A DNA stretch of 64,000 nt from Utricularia gibba (taxonomy: Eukaryota; Plantae; Magnoliophyta): NCBI GenBank assembly GCA_002189035.1, contig NEEC01000004.1, positions 1,550,001-1,614,000 on the forward strand, given 5' to 3'. The position numbers and the translations under genes were made by a program. The notes below the pieces were generated by a model that was not told the origin of the DNA, did no database searches, and saw only the letters and a list, made by a program, of their open reading frames with translations. Positions 11,906 through 25,370 of this stretch are shown in pieces; the first letter of the stretch is position 1, and the number at the start of each line of letters is the position of its first letter.

Positions 11906-13149
11906 ATGGCGTTATCACTTACTCCGAATCTCTCTGCTCTTCATCCGCTCTCTTGTAGACTGCTCAAATACCCCACAAGCTCCTCCGGATCTCACGCCTT
12001 GGCCTTTCATCTCCACCCCAAATCCTCCGTCACCGTCTCCTCCTCCCTTTACTCCTTCAGCGACGCCGCAGATCCCAGCCCCCCGCCGGACTCCGGGGCC
12101 GGGAAACCAGAGTTTGTTGACGAATGGGTGAAAAATCACCGGAAGAGACTGAACCGAGCACGAAGTTTCCGGAAACGGATCCTCCGAGGAAGTTGATGAA
12201 TGGGGAGAATCTCGAATCGTGGATTTGGGAGGCAACGGAAACCCTGAAAGTGGTGGCGATGAAAATGCCATCCGCAAAAATGAAGAAGAAGAAGAAGAGC
12301 GGATTACGCTTCGGGACCTCAAACGTGCTTTGGTCGACACAGTTTACGGCACCGATTTAGGGTTCCGTGCTTCCCCTGAAATCCGCGCCGAAGCTCTGGA
12401 ACTCGTTTCTCAGTTGGAGGCTGCAAATCCCACACCGGCGCCTACGGGGAAACCCGAGCTGTTGGAAGGAAACTGGATTTTAGTGTAAGTCTCGCGATTC
12501 AATTTCTTTTTTTTTTTCACGGATCCCCAATCTCAGCTCCAATCCGTTCAATTTGACATCAGGTTCACGGCATTCTCTGAACTGTTGCCTCTACTGGCAG
12601 TCAACAGTATTCCCTTGGTTAAACTGGAAAAGATTGTTCAATCCATTGATGCAACCACCCAAACACTAACCAACTCTGCAACAATCTCCACTCCAGCATC
12701 AACTTCAAGTTTCAGCGCATCTGCATCGTTTGAAATCAGAAGCCCATCAAGAATCCAGGTGATTGAATTCAAACAAAACTGAATTCAAAGTATGCTCACC
12801 TTTTGCACTGCGTGTTGATGACGAGAAGGGCTCGTTGCAGGTTCAATTCAAGGAAGGGATAATCAAGCCTCCGGAACTGAAATCAACCATAGACTTACCT
12901 GAAAGCATCAATATTGCTGGCCAAAACATCAGTCTGGCACCTTTACAGCAAGCTCTGAATCCATTAGGGAATGCTTTGCAGAATGTGTCTGTGTTGGTTT
13001 CTGGTCTGGGCCCTGTTAAAATTCCCATTCCTGGGGAAAGAACAAGTTCGTGGCTTTTGACTACGTACCTTGATGAAGAGCTTAGGATCTCCAGAGGAGA
13101 TGGTGGCCTTTTTGTGCTCGTCAAGGAAGGAAGTTCCCTTCTGTGGTAA
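11906..13149 (+). CDS. FBN2: Plastid-lipid-associated protein / fibrillin 2; exon 1 interrupted by two apparent single-base deletions
   Basis: Transit peptide, acidic DEWGE repeats, LKRALVDTVYGTDLGFRAS, EGNWILVFTAFSELLPLL, SSWLLTTYLDEELRISRGDGGLFVL. Frame slips near 12127 and 12189. Confidence 0.9.
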
Positions 13150-13435
13150 TATAAAAGGTAGACAACTACCACTGCATTTTGTATCCTGATAGTGCGTGAT
13201 GCGCCTTTCTTGATGCAAAGACAGCTCGTTTTATATGATATGGGTACAAGCCATTTCTTTTCCAGGTCTATCCTAATGTTATTAGTACCAAAAGTGATTC
13301 TCTTCCCCAAATAAACTTGATGTTGAGGGGGACTCATTGCCATTATTTGTAACAAGGACTCGATTGGTCGAAAGGAGAACAGGTTGAGTTCTTGAAACAC
13401 TGTTCATTCATCTTCTGAATAGGGTTGAGCTGTTC

Positions 13436-16400
13436 TCAAAAGTGGTGGCTTGACTGGTGAAGACGAGGTCGATTGCAGAAAGCATGGCCATTCTTCATCA
13501 CCAATGATGCTGTAAAAATGCTCAGACCAGCCCACAAGATCGAAAACACTAGGTTTGAACTATCATGCGGCACTGCATGGGCCAGGAACGATGCACGGGT
13601 TAGGATCTATGCCACATTCAAATGTGTGTGCATGCATATTATATCAGCTTAAGAAGTTCCACATGGCAGATAGCAGGCATACCTCTTCTCAGTGAATTAA
13701 TTGAAAAGACAAGCCCCACGAGGATCAATGACAAGAGGGTTCGAACAGACTGCATAGGAAGGAAGACAAACTTGTATGAAAACAGAATGGCATGCCAAGT
13801 AGATATATCTGCCCTATTCTTTTATTTAGTTGGCTCAAACTTTGGTTGCACAGAATGACAAACTTTGCTTTTGCTCCCCAACCAAAACATAAATCCCAGA
13901 CAGCAGTCTCATGCAGTACTCACAGCTATGGTCTCAATGCCTGTTTTCTTCGTTTTGTGTTTCATAATCTGTGGTGTGGAGGAGGATGCGGTGTAGTTTC
14001 CCTGAAGTAAATCAATGGCGTCCTACACCAAATAAAAGCAAGAAAATCATTAGGGATTCAATTACATTGCCCAACGTGCTGATACCCTGATGGATGCAAA
14101 AAGAAAATTACAGGAGCAGAAACAAGATGTGTTTGGTGTGGTTTTGGGAATTTCTGGTTCATCACCTGTTTTGTGCCATCACAGAAATTGTTCAAGTAAT
14201 ACCGCATCAAGGAGTTCCATCCATCATTAACAATTCCTCGGAATGTTCTCAGGCCATGACTGGTGTTTAACATACCAACATAACGATTAGGGGGTCGTTC
14301 GATCATTAGATAAGAATGAAGATGCATAGCACAGCATGGATTTAAGATAAGGAAAAGCAAAACATACCGCACATAATCTCCTTTAAGGGCGGGGGTGCCA
14401 GTGTATTGAATGCTTATGTCATCCCATGATTGGCCCACACTGCAGAGAGGATGGAAAAAGAGGTATGATACAAAGCGGTAAAAACAGCTATAAAAAAACC
14501 CTGTAACCACCATTTCATGAAGGATTCACTATTTTGATGAACAAATTCTTTTGAAGGAGTGGGAGAACTGACAAATTTTATATTTGCTATCAAAATCAGG
14601 ATGCAGATTGAGAGTTTCTTGACCACTAAAAACTCCAGTTCTTCGAAGCTGAGATTCCAACATTTTTCGGGCGATCATACTCTTCAAAATATAAAGCATC
14701 TATAAATCAATGGGTTTCAAAGTAGTACTGAGTTGTCAAATCTCGAAAAGAACTGGGAAAAGTAATCAGTCTCTTGGAGAAACACACACCTGAGTAACAT
14801 TAGTCCGGTCTAAGCAGTCAACGCAGTTTGTCCTTACAACTCCTAGTTGTTGCTGCACTTTCTCCCCTTTTTCATTCAATAAAAAGAACCTGGTGAAAAA
14901 GAGAATTCAATTTAAAAGAGTGCTTGAGAATGACTTCTTAATCTGTTATCTTGGTTTAATTCGTGCAGGTACTCCATTCAGAAGAAGGAAACCTCATTAA
15001 GCATGTTTAGTATTTCATAATACCTGTTTATGTGAAGAAAGGCCTCGACTTGGTGGTAAAGAATGGAAAGCCACCTATAATCTGTACTTCCACAAATCTT
15101 GTGGAAATCAAAATGCAAATACCTGCACCATCGGGTGTGATTAGAGCTGAATCACATTCCTCAGAAAAAAGCTATATTTTGGCTATTTCTTTACAAGTCC
15201 TCAGAAAGCTCTCTCGAAATCACAAAACCACCTGTCTCATGACTATTACTTTGATTAACCAAATAAACCAAAGGAAAACTAAATCACCATAAGATGGGAA
15301 TCTACCTCACACCATCAATAGCTACATCCTGCAACGCACTAGCGTATTCTTCACATAAGCTCCCCTCACGTCCATGCTATTCAAAGGAAATGGGGCAATG
15401 AGAGTAAAGAAAAGCACAATATGAGAAGTAGACGTGCAATCATTTCAAGAAAGAAGTGGATCCTGGATAAAATGCATCCTTCACACCGTAGATGCAGAGT
15501 CATGGAAAGACCTGCTCATCCCAACACCAGTAATAATGAAAAAAACCATACACAAGAAGCTACGAAGTATAAAAAATCCTATATTAATCCAAGCCTTACG
15601 TATATATATATATATAATCACTTCGTCCATTGATTGTTGAAAGCAGCATAGAAGTAATCACGGGCATAACTATCACAGCGACTTTTCAAGCATTATGCAC
15701 GATTAGATGGCACTTAATATGAAGAACATACTATGGATAATTTGCTCCACATTCATAGAAAATCAAAACGAATTTTTGATGGCTGCTATCTAGATGACGC
15801 AAAATATAAAACCAAGAAAAAGATTACAATTGCAACAAAGGATAAATGTCTTTTGCTTCTAGATAGCACATACATAAAAGTAGATAAGAAAGCAGCTGAA
15901 AATTTATAATAAACACACTAGTTACCTTATTGACGAGATTGATAACGAATACCTTCCCATATTTTTTTCTCAGCTCCAAAAAGTGCCGCTCAGCAACCTA
16001 AAGTATAAGTGGTCAACTGATGCCTTGTGTTACCTACGAAATACTGTAACAACTTCAGAATATACTAGAGTTACTGACCGCATCCTCCGACTTCATGATT
16101 TCAAACTTTGGGCTGTATGTCAAATCAACATTCTGGACCCAAAGTAAGGGTATGGAGCCTCGAACCTATGGTATACAACTAAAGGTTAGTACAGGAAAAA
16201 TTTTGATGCTCTATATTTTATAATTAAAGCCTAAAGCAAGTCACCGCTCTCAACAGGTAGTACAGAATATATCATTCAAGAATCTTGGATTTAGAACATC
16301 AATTAATTTCCAATTTCAAACGAAGAGAACTTGTTCTCTTACAATGCACTAGTGGAATGTCATCTTATTAAAAAAAAAAGCACGGAAACTCCAATACAAC

Positions 16401-18397
16401 TTTCAAGAGCTGACACGCGCAAACTCGTTGCCTGGATGAATGTTGCAGGATACAATATTTTAATCCCACTTGCCTGAACGAATGCTGCAGTATACCCATT
16501 CAGTTGCATGATCTGTTCAGTTTCTATAAAGTTTGCAACAAAACCATCAGAATCAGCTCCCCTTCGCCACATTCTGGTACCTTAATAAGAACATGGAATG
16601 AATGACAAATGACAGATGAAAATGAAGAGATGCAATATTGGGAGAAATAGATAGTATTTAAAAAAATCTTACCATTCCTCCGAGTGCATCTTCGGGCAAT
16701 CAATGTGACAGCAACGGTATCATTCTGAATAGGAGATTGAAAAGTTTGAAAACCTAATTATTTGTCAAGGATTATCAATAAATGGAAAAAAGATAGAGAA
16801 TGTAGTAGGTGCCCGTCTTGTTCCATAAATACTTTTCTAGGCGCACTGAAAGGATACTCCCTTGCATTACGGGAAGTATATATGGATCAACCTGCATAAC
16901 TACGAAGATATCAAAAGAATTTTTCTAAGTAAAACTTCTAGGTCAATAACTCCATATTACCAATTTTATTCAAGGAACAGGTAAATATACCTTTTTATCT
17001 ATGAGTGCTTCCAGCATATAATTGTTCCAAAGAAACCTAGAATCCGCCTAGCAAAGAGAAAAAAAAAGAAGAAAAAATGTTAGTCAAATCTAGTAAGTAA
17101 TTCTTGAGAACTCATTGCATAAACGCCCGAGGCATGAAATAAATCATTACTATAACGGGGAAGATGAAAGAAAGCATCTTGCCAGCCTATTTGATAGAGC
17201 AACACCAAGACCAAGTACGAGATTTTGTGACTCAACCCCAAATATGAAATTGGAAAGGCGTGTAAACATACTTGTCTCCAGAGAGGAAGCAACTTAGTAT
17301 CATCACCCAAATCATGCAGCTGTTGAAAACTGCCCAAAATAAACCAGGAGAATTTCTTAGAATTACGTATAGATAAAATACTTTTGTACAAAGCCACAGA
17401 AAACCTCTGATTCCAAATTCCATATAATAGACTTATGCACGTATCAGCTTCAACTTGACAAACAAGGATATTTTCTTTTTCAAGCTTCTCATACAGAGAT
17501 GTGGTCAATTCAAAAAATGTTCCGAGACCTCTCAAACAATAGAAAACAAGATTCTAACCAAATAACCAGGACGCCAGAAATAAATCAGTCTTATTAGCGA
17601 GTATTTGCTAAAGATAATTCTTCACCTCAATGTTATATTAACATCATATGAGAAGTAAAGGCCATGAGTCCCCTCTGCCATATTTAGGATGCCTGATAAC
17701 TCACTCTCCATTTTCCTCTGGACAAGGAAGTGTATAGTATGGAGGATGCATTGAACAAAATCTTCTTACACTCAGAAACGGAAATAAAAACATACACACA
17801 ATACCTGATCTTCTGGTGCACTCTCAACAGATTGATTGCATGGGAAAACCTTCAGGGAAATGATTTTGAAGATGGGAAAACCCATGTAGGATCCAATGCA
17901 TTCGCGTTCCATTATCAAAAATAAGTGTGACCCTGACTGACACATTTACAGAGATTAATTACTACACACAAGAAATATCATTAATTATCACAAAACAAGT
18001 GGAGCATATCATACAGCTATAAAAGTTTTGCATGAAACTAGCTTTAAACAATAAATTGCTGCAATTACATAAATGCAATCCATGCCTTTGGTAAGCTTGA
18101 GCATGCCAACTACGCCGAAGACGGTCCAAACCTGAGGAATGTACTCCGAATTGGCTTGGGGTAACTCCTCTGGTTCATTAGAAAAAAAAAAAAAATCAGT
18201 GATTGAAACCAAAAAAATATATATTTTTTATTGAATGAGAACCAGAGGAATAGTGTACCTAGCACCGTAATCGATCCATTTGCACGGCTAATCGACAGCA
18301 ATGGTGCCAAGGAACTATCGCTTGGCTCAACAACATATTGATTAGGAAACTCCCAAAGGCGCATTCTGTTGCACAGTTTGTGATCGGAGTTTGCCAT
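13436..18397 (-). CDS. SAC1-type phosphoinositide phosphatase (SAC6/SAC7-RHD4 clade), many exons
   Basis: RMRLWEFPNQYVVEP, GTHGLYFSYDVNITL, RRCTRRNG-MWRRGADSDGFVANFIETEQI, catalytic-site exon at 14770-14860 (VVRTNCVDCLDRTNVTQ), LWANHG-DISIQYTGTPALKGD, C-terminal TM segments and FCNRPRLH; stop at 13436-13438. Confidence 0.95.
16754..16857 (-). other. U12-type (minor spliceosome) GT-AG intron, 104 nt, in the SAC gene
   Basis: Donor GTATCCTTT (16857-16849); branch point TCCTTGAC (16771-16764) ending 10 nt before the exon; splicing joins LPVMQG to SFQTF in frame. Confidence 0.9.
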
Positions 18398-18807
18398 CAT
18401 TATCAGTTCCACCGGCAGCAATTGCAATCGATTTCAACCACCAGGAAACGGAGAATCCCAAAGTGGGAATGGAAAGAATGATGAAGAAGAGACAAAAGAA
18501 AACTGAAATAACTGAAAACTTCCGCATGTTGCGCGGATTCCCAAACTCAGAGCACAAGGATCAAGAGACTGATTTTTGTCATCACCTAACTGCTACCGTT
18601 ATTCCAAAACTGGCAGGGCCCCGGCCAGCAAATTAATTTCTGAATTATTATTATTATTATTTATTTGGATGATTTTTTAATATAATTCAAATTCATTTTC
18701 ATTTTTGAACATCATAAACACTTATAGCAGTTCAACAGCAAAGTTACATTTCTATAAATAGAAATGAAGCAAAAAAATAAAACAAAATAAATTAAAGCCA
18801 AATCAGT

Positions 18808-21666
18808 TCATATGGTGGCTATGGGAAAACTGCCCTTGAGTGCCTTCGTTGCACGCCAATGGACTGCAGATGCAGTTTCTGAAGTGCCCATCTGGTACGT
18901 GAACTCCAAAGTGTTAGCCTTGGGCGGCGGAGATGATGCACAAATTTACAGTTCACAAATGAATAAAGTTAGAGGGGAAGAGAGAACGATTACCTTGACT
19001 TCCATGGCGTAGAACTCTTGCCACAGGGCTGGATCTTGGTCATATGTTGAGAGAGCAGATTCGTAGAGTTTTCGAGCATTTTGAAGACCAGCATTGTCTC
19101 CGGTTGCAGCAAGATTTATTTCAAGCTCAATGCATTTTCTATAAATTACAAGCCCTGGATGGGGTAGACCAATAAAGCTGCAAAAGTAGGAGAGATGACG
19201 CTTTAGGAAGGATGGCTTTCAGGGGAAGATCGAACTGCTGGTGAAGAATGCAAACTCTACCACAAAATGCACAACCAGGTGCCTACCGCTTATAGATATT
19301 TCTTGCACTCACAATTCCGTCCCGTTGAAGAATATAGCTTAAAATTGTAGCCGACAGTGAAAACCCGCCATCACATCCACCATCTCTGGTTAGCAATGAG
19401 AATGAGATCTCCAGGAGCTTGTCAAAATAATGTCTTTGGGTTGAAAAATGTTTCAGACCCTGCACAAAAATAACTAGTTAGTTCTCTGGTACTCAACATT
19501 AATGATAAAAGACCAAGTAGCTGAAGAGGTAGAAAATATAGTACATAGAAAGCAAGACTGGATCTCCCTTCCACGATTAATAATCACATTGAAAGAGTTT
19601 AAAAAATGCGCTAGTTTTCCTAATCTGGTTGAAAGGGTTTAAAAGGTAGACTACCATTAACCATATGCTTTCTGCTTCTGAAATGCTAAATCTCATCAGT
19701 ATACTTTTCAGGAGCTCAAAGGTACGTTGCTGATCAGCCATGCTGAGTGGGGATGCTTTTTTCTGGATACCCATAAATTCCACCGAGAGCCTTAAAGCCC
19801 ATAACTGGACGGCATTTGATAGTTTTTCATTGCAGAGTTTTTCAATAAGCATCTTAGCATCACTCTGTTTTCCCAGCTCCAAAAGGAAAGTGATGTAACG
19901 GCAAGCAAAATCCCCATTTATGGATCCATGGTTTTCAGCTTTCTCAAACACCGTCTGAAGATGTGCAACAAGATCTAAATTATGAAATTGGGATTCTGAG
20001 GCATTTCCTTCATCTCCTGTAAAATTTTCCGCACCAACCATTTCCATGAGAAACTTGGCGTAAAATTCAACCATAACAGCTGATGGCACAATTTCCAGAG
20101 CCTCTTCATAAACCTACATTGAAAACATAAATCAATCTTTCAGGAAAAAGCACCTGTTTAAATCACCGATTGAATTAAATCGATCAAGTAGCATGCTGAA
20201 CAAAAAATCACTTATGTGATGAGCAAACAATGTGCTGAATTCAGATGCAGCTAGATCATTCCAACAACTAAATCCTAATGTATGTTATTCCAGATGACAT
20301 CAAGCCCAAAAAAATAATTCTGAACTCAAAATATCAACAGAAATCAAAATATTTAAATGTGTATAGGAAGGGAGAAGGGGTAACCCACCTGAATTGATTT
20401 GGTCAAGTTCTCAAGAGTGCGCCCTTGGCAGCAACCTATTTCAAGTCTCGCCAGCCAATCCCAGTATTTTGGATCCTCCGCAAAGTCCCTTCTCATGCCA
20501 TCGAGTATTGTCTTTTTCAGATCTTCACAATGCAATAAGCGGCTGCTTTCTAGTACCTCAAGAAACCTAACTCGAAGGCTGAAAGAAGAAGGAAGGGCTT
20601 CAACTGCACCGCTATAAACAATTTGAAGAAGAGTTAGGCCATGTTCTCCAACCACGTCTTGCTTCTCATCAGATGTACTATCAAGCACATGTCCATCAAC
20701 ATTCTCTAAATCCTCAAGGGGCAAATCAACAGTTTGTCGTTTATTTGTGTTCTGGTGGTCACGCATAAGACCTCCATCTTCACCCAACGCAATCTTTCGA
20801 GCTTTCAACTTGCAAAGATATGTGAGCTCCATTCGAAGGTACTCTACCCACAGGTCCTCAGAGGTTGGACACTCTCTCAAACCATTTTGCATCAGGGCTC
20901 GTGCAGCTGCAACGTTAAGGTTGGAGTCAAACTCCCAAGCAGCTGCATAAATCCACACACCAGGAACATTTGGATGAAACCTAACTAGCTGAGCCAGGGC
21001 CTGGATGTTTACCCAAGATACAAAAATCCAATTACTGTCATGAGGTCACAAGACGCTGAACATGCTTCAGAAGATTACACAAAACGAGGGATTTTTTTGT
21101 TTTTTGAAAAAAAAAAAAGGTAATCTGAAGCTAAATAACTAGCTTGGAGAGAAAACTTATAAATTTGCTAGCATCGTCAAACCCAACAAAGAAGTTTATT
21201 AGAAGTATGACCATATATCATTGGAAACCAAAAGAATGAATCACTAGTTGTACATGCAAAAAAATCTCACCTTTTTCATCCTACCAGTTGCTGTCGCTTT
21301 ACAAAACTCCAAGTACTCAAACCACAAGCCAATATCTCCCTTAAACCGCGTGGTGGCAAGCCGATAAATTGCAATTATCCGTGATACTCCTGCAAAATCC
21401 GATACTGATTTCTTCATTTTCTTGGCACCAGATTTCTTGTAAACAGATTTCTTCCGGAGGCGGCGAAGAGCATCAAGTTGTTTCTCGTAAGCAATGTAGG
21501 CTAAATAATCTTGCTTCAATGGACTATGCCTCTTAAGACGGTACTCAAACTTTCGGCGCTGCTTCACTATCTCGGCTATCTCTTGACGACTAAACAATCC
21601 CCGCTTCTCCAAATCGTCCAACTCATTCAGCATGCGCTCGAGCTTGAATTGCACTACATCCGCCAT
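18808..21666 (-). CDS. UTP6: U3 snoRNA-associated protein 6 (HAT repeats)
   Basis: MADVVQFKLERMLNELDDLEKRGLF..RRKFEYRLKR, WIYAAAWEFDSNLNVAAARALMQNGLR, FIGLPHPGL, terminal MGTSETASAVHWRATKAL; stop at 18808-18810. Confidence 0.95.
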
Positions 21667-21744
21667 CCCTGCTCAAAACCAATCCAATTTCACACGTATG
21701 AAGCTTGTAGGAAGGGATTCCGAGAAGATGGAGAAACCCAGGGT

Positions 21745-21803
21745 TTAGGGTTTCAACCGTCTACCGTAGTCTCTTTTGCCATCGGGTCGGGTCGGGTCGG
21801 GTC
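21745..21803 (-). promoter_or_regulatory. Telo-box and (GGGTC)4 repeat at the UTP6 5' end
   Basis: AAACCCTAA on the minus strand at 21745-21753; GGGTC x4 at about 21784-21803. Telo-boxes are typical of ribosome-biogenesis genes. Confidence 0.6.
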
Positions 21804-22958
21804 TGTTCTATTTGTCTCGAGCGGATCCGAACAGATCCAATCTCTATCGGGTAATCATTAGGTCCATCTAAATTAAAATGGGAAAAAAATTCAATAGATA
21901 TTTTTAAAAAAATGAAAATCGATATTTTTGCTATAAATGGAGTGAAATGCGATTTCTCCTATTTTATTTCAATTATATATGAAAATAATGTTATTTTTAT
22001 AATATAAAACCCAAATAATAATGCATAGTTTTTTTATTGTAGTATACTCTTTCCGGCAACATTGTTTGGTGTGACCGTACGCCCATATATGTAATAATAA
22101 TTAATGTGTACAATCTGCCAACGATATTTTAAATTATAGTTAATATAAATAGTTTAATTCTAAAATTTTAAAATTATATCATAAGCTTCTCAATTTTTTT
22201 TTTTATAAATAATTTGACATTGAATTTATAAAATTACATATTTAATTTCTCATATTATCAAAATTAACTAATTTTAACTTTAGTATCATTATAATGATAT
22301 TATATGAAATACAATATAACAAACATCATCAATTTGAATCATATAAAACATAAATATGATATAATCATTATTATTTTAAATAATACGAGATGCAAATGTA
22401 ATATAATCCTAATAAAAGTATTATCCAATTCATTGAATTTTATATTTGAATATAAAAACTCTAGCACAATGCAATAAATCGATTCAATTTTTAAAAATTT
22501 TGAAAACTATTTGAATTTTTGTTGCATGGTTTTAATAATTTAGTATGTTTTTTTTTTTTACAATTTTAAAATTTGAATATTAAACTCTTTATATTATTTG
22601 AAACTTCATTTGTTGTTATTGCAATTTTTTCAATAATTAATTCTATGATATATTGATATAAGGGATAATAACGTAAATGACACTATAAAGAATTTGTTAT
22701 TATTTAACTCGTATTAATTTATTTGGATATGTTTAAAGAAAATTTATAATTTTTTTAAAAAAATTATTAAACGAGTACATCGAAAACATAGATACATCGG
22801 AATAAATCATTTTCCAGATTGAATAGTTACTTAAAACTATTCTTTAAATTTTTGTGTAAATTTATTTTACACGACACTTATTTATTTTTTGGTGATCACA
22901 TGAAACAACTGAGGATTACAAATGGCATGTGTCATACCTCGGTTCTCGTTCTTACAAA

Positions 22959-24642
22959 TCACTTGATGCCGATGCCGTTTGAAATGTTGGAGGCAATAGC
23001 AATGAAACTGGTGCACACTGCAAGAAAAATGACCACAACTGCCAGCCCTTTCTCCTGAAGCGTTGATATGCTGCGAACATCTCTGCAACGATGGTTTATC
23101 AGATGCATATAGACACAGCAGGGGATGCTTCCCATGTATGAAAATGCAAGTTACCTGAGAACTATGGAGCTGGGGAAGATGAACATGATGCACATGACTG
23201 TGGTGGTTCCCATGAACTGAAACAAGTACCATATGTCTGGAATGGCAATGGCCGCCAGGTATATTGCTGCGAGTAAGGCACCTGTCAGGCAATAAAATCT
23301 CAAGCATTTGGCTGCTGGGATGTTCTCCTCTGGGAAAATGAGTTCACTGACATTCACCCTCAAGGAGTAGTTCATCACGGGGAAGACAAGCATGAGGTGC
23401 ACTGCATAACTCAGCCGGATTACGTCGTTGAGAACTGCTGTGATTATGGAGTCCGAAGGTTGGTCGAAGTTGATTAGCATGTCAGCCATGATTGCATCTC
23501 CGAAGAGAAGGTATCCGAAGAAACCAATAGCAAAGTATATGGTAATGCATAAAAGCAGTGAGATTCTCACTGCTGAAGTCATGGTGGAAGGCTTATCAAG
23601 CTCTGCCCTCACAGGATGAACTGTGCATATATTGAGAAACTCATATGAGATGCTATCGAAGAGATACTTCAATTGAGATTAAACAGTCAGATGCTTACTG
23701 TTTACATGACACCCAAAAGCAGTTGCAAACACTGGAATAGTTGTGAAGAGCTGGAGCCAAGAGGCGCCATTTGCAAAGTCAGGAAAGAGTGCTGGCCTTT
23801 GCGTTTGCCCCTTGAACATGGCATTTATTGCCATTGCTGAGCATATTGTGACAAAAAATGCAGCTAACATCACAGATACAGTGGAGGCGTGCCGTAATGA
23901 ATCTGCCGGAAACAAGCTATAGAAATATCAGCCATTCAAGCATGCTATTTGTATTGATTTGCTATGCAAAATCTGCTTTAATACGCATCATCAGCATCAT
24001 AACGTAATAGTAACGCAATGCTTAAGAAGCTCTCGCTTACTAACCTATGCGGCGTAGAAGTAGCAAAGGAGCCAAGACAAAAAGAACAACCAAAAGAAGG
24101 GTAAATGCACGCGTGTTCCACCAGTGGGTGCCAAACCATTCTTGTAAAACACCCAAATGCACAGTCCCCTTAGAATTGTTTCCAGAAAGAACATCCCCTG
24201 TAAAAACTTTACAGTCAGTATGAACGTTACACACATGATGAGGATGATGGAGGACAAGCTCACCAATTATAATCAAGTAGATCATCAAAGCACCAAGATT
24301 AGTGATCATGACACAGAGCTGAAGGGCAACTGATCCGCACCTCCCAAAAGACTCAGCCATTAATTCCCCATACGAATTCGAGTTACTAGAATGCGTATAT
24401 TTCAACAGAAACTCCACAGTAACATCAACCAAATACGCAATAATTAAGACAACCAAAAGGCTGGGAATCACGCCAAGCACCCTGAACGCCGATGGAATCG
24501 ACATTATCCCTGCTCCCACCATTCCAGTCGAGATATTGAATATTGCACCCGAGAACGACGCACCTCTATAATCATCATCCCTCGACTGAGGCTGGTGGAG
24601 TAAACTAGCTTCAACTTCATCGTCATGGCTTTTCACACTCAT
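22959..24642 (-). CDS. AVT6: Amino acid transporter, AVT6/SLC38-like family
   Basis: GASFSGAIFNISTGMVGAGIMSIP, LRHASTVSVMLA, TTIPVFATAFGCHVN-IHP, IFPSSIVLR; stop at 22959-22961. Confidence 0.92.
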
Positions 24643-24940
24643 TCTCAGGCTACGAATGCAAAAGCATTAGCAACACGATTTCCCGAACAACACAAACAAG
24701 TAGAAGGTAGCAGGTAGAACCAAAGCCGTGCCGTCCGTTACTGTATCCTGATAAGCTTCGCTGACGATGGAGAACGACAAACAGAACTGATAGGCCCAAT
24801 AACCGGCCCATGGGCCGAAAAGGATCAAGCTGTGACGTGGCAAATGTCTAGTTGCATACTTGCATTGAATGACGTTGAACAACAGTAAAACGTGTACTCC
24901 AGCCTGGATTCCGGATGCACCGCCGCGAGCATTCAGGAAT

Positions 24941-25370
24941 CTGTGATTGTGACTCGGCCGGTTAATCGGCGAGTCAAATCGGTTAATCGGGTTTTCTTGT
25001 CTGACCGGTTAACCGGCCAAGCGATTATTAGTTTGTTAGGGTTATTTTTTTAATCAATTAGGTCTTCGTATTTTGGGTTTATGGGAGCAGCAATTCTTCC
25101 TATTTTGATTTCTAAAAGCATTGATTAGATGAACTTCATTGTGCCGCTCAAGGTGCAAAATAATTGCAAGGTAATCATTACTTATTTCTAGACTACAGTA
25201 CTATCCATTGTTTTTGGGGATCAAATTGCATGCCAGAAATTTAATATTTTACTAATTTTTTAATATAAATATAAATATATTTAAGATATATTAGTTTGAC
25301 CGGTCAAACCGGTTTCAAAACCGGATCGGTGGAGGACCGATCCGGTTTTGAACCCGAGTCACAATCACAG
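24941..25370. mobile_element. Non-autonomous hAT-type element (430 bp)
   Basis: Perfect 17-bp TIRs CTGTGATTGTGACTCGG (24941-24957 and 25354-25370); 8-bp TSD TCAGGAAT/TCATGAAT (7/8 match); repeated ACCGG/CCGGT subterminal motifs; internal 17-bp perfect stem at 25314-25352. Confidence 0.88.

Noticed and set aside
11790-13400. Several 85-185 aa ORFs overlapping FBN2 on both strands
   Set aside because: Alternative-frame or antisense shadows with no recognisable motifs.
17455-17475. ATATCCTT resembling an AT-AC U12 donor in SAC
   Set aside because: Lies inside an intron whose GT-AG boundaries already give the correct protein.
22040-22810. Possible TIR or Helitron ends around the UTP6 upstream AT island
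   Set aside because: Only patchy inverted similarity; no TSD and no hairpin-CTRR terminus.
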